In this document: one piece after another, positions 63,091 to 64,000 of the stretch
Layout: every line of letters starts with the position of its first letter
Position numbering within the stretch: the first letter of the stretch is position 1
DNA from: Myxococcales bacterium
Lineage (GTDB): Bacteria; Myxococcota_A; Polyangia; Polyangiales; DASUME01
DNA: 64,000 bases
Reading direction: 5' to 3'
Assembly: GCA_047601445.1 (NCBI GenBank)
Contig: JASGJH010000001.1
Span: 8,672,001 to 8,736,000, forward strand
Notes under the pieces: generated by a model
What the model was told of the DNA's origin: nothing
The model's database searches: none
The model's input: only the letters and a program-made list of their open reading frames with translations
Made by a program: the position numbers and the translations under genes

Positions 63091-63668
63091 TCGCTCTTGC
63101 TGACCAGGAACTGCAGGCGAAAGCCGGGAACCTGCGCGAGTTGGGCCACCGCGCGTCCGGACTGCGCCGCGGCGGGGAAGTAGTCCCAGCGCGTCTGGGT
63201 GCCCTGCATTTCGACGGCCCGTTGAGAGCCGAGCTGCTCGAGTCCCAGGGCGAAGTCCTTTTCGGCGAAGCCATCGGGGATGTCGCGTGCGGGCACCGAG
63301 ATGGTGGCGGGGCTGGACAACTCGAACTCGGGGGCGATGGCGAGGGTCGGCCCCAGGGGGCGCTCGTGCTCCTTGTTCGAGAATGCGGTGGTACGTGCGC
63401 CCGCGGAGAAGGTGATGGTCACCGGCTCGGCGAGGGCGCCGGCTGGAATCTCGAGGCGCGCTCCGTTGTCTAGCTCGAGGGTTCCTCCAGCGCTGCCGAC
63501 CTCCACGGTGAGCTTGTCACCGCCGCGCTTGTGCACAGGATAGGAGCGTTCCACGGGGGCCGGTGCGGCTGCCTTCGCGGTTTGGGGAGGGGCCTTGTTA
63601 GACGTTCCGCCGCACGCGGCTGACAACAACACAACCAACCCGATAATTTTGTGAGTGGAGTGATGCAT
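63087..63668 (-). CDS. Lipoprotein with ZU5-like domain
   Basis: Lipobox SAAC; GSAGGTL...ARLEIPAGALAEPVTIT. Confidence 0.65.
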   Translation of the reverse strand: MHHSTHKIIGLVVLLSAACGGTSNKAPPQTAKAAAPAPVERSYPVHKRGGDKLTVEVGSAGGTLELDNGARLEIPAGALAEPVTITFSAGARTTAFSNKEHERPLGPTLAIAPEFELSSPATISVPARDIPDGFAEKDFALGLEQLGSQRAVEMQGTQTRWDYFPAAAQSGRAVAQLAQVPGFRLQFLVSKSE

Positions 63669-64000
63669 GGTCCGCACTCTAGGCCAGCCCGGTAGCCCAG
63701 CTCAAGAGTCCTCCAAGTCGGGTGTGGCGGGGCTGTGCGCGAACCGGCTGCGGAGCCGCGTTCGGCTGTGGCGTGCTGCCACGCGGGGTGTAACGCTGTG
63801 CGAACTGAGATGGGGGGCGGGTTGAGAAAGGACGGGCACCTGCGCGGACTTGCGACACGGGCCGCGGACCGTTTGCGGCCGCCGCTGGCGAGACTCCAGG
63901 AATGGTGTCCCCTCACGCTGCGCGGCGCGGGCGTGCTTGCGTCCTGTGGTTTTGCGCTTTGGCTCTATGGTTTCCAGGCACTAGACCGCGTCTGGTACGT

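Noticed and set aside
63682..64000. Gene or RNA at the right edge
   Set aside because: No convincing ORF or structure; context is cut by the window

Overview
GC-rich bacterial chromosomal window, most likely Myxococcota (Polyangiales-like). That call is an inference from the zinc-ribbon/GYF motility-type protein, (Gly-Asp)n Cys-rich lipoproteins, a PP2C-cNMP fusion and a short EF-Ts. About 50 CDS: recC-recB-recD, type II glutamine synthetase, rpsB-tsf-pyrH-frr, rnr, pap, sucA, an orphan PhoB-like regulator, a GldA/F/G-DUF4340 ABC operon, a TPR-extended TonB-dependent receptor with a partner lipoprotein, a FadL-like porin and many exported lipoproteins. No rRNA, tRNA, CRISPR, prophage or transposase was recognised. 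Most notable non-gene signals: (1) two one-base frameshifts (frr and a SAM hydrolase) that can both be repaired at the same 10-mer CGAGAATCGT; (2) TANNNT boxes 6-7 nt before nine start codons, suggesting leaderless mRNAs; (3) an 82-bp modular palindromic repeat family; (4) 26-bp and 30-bp tandem repeats; (5) candidate Pho-box and IclR operators. All product calls come from motif recognition by eye, with no database search.
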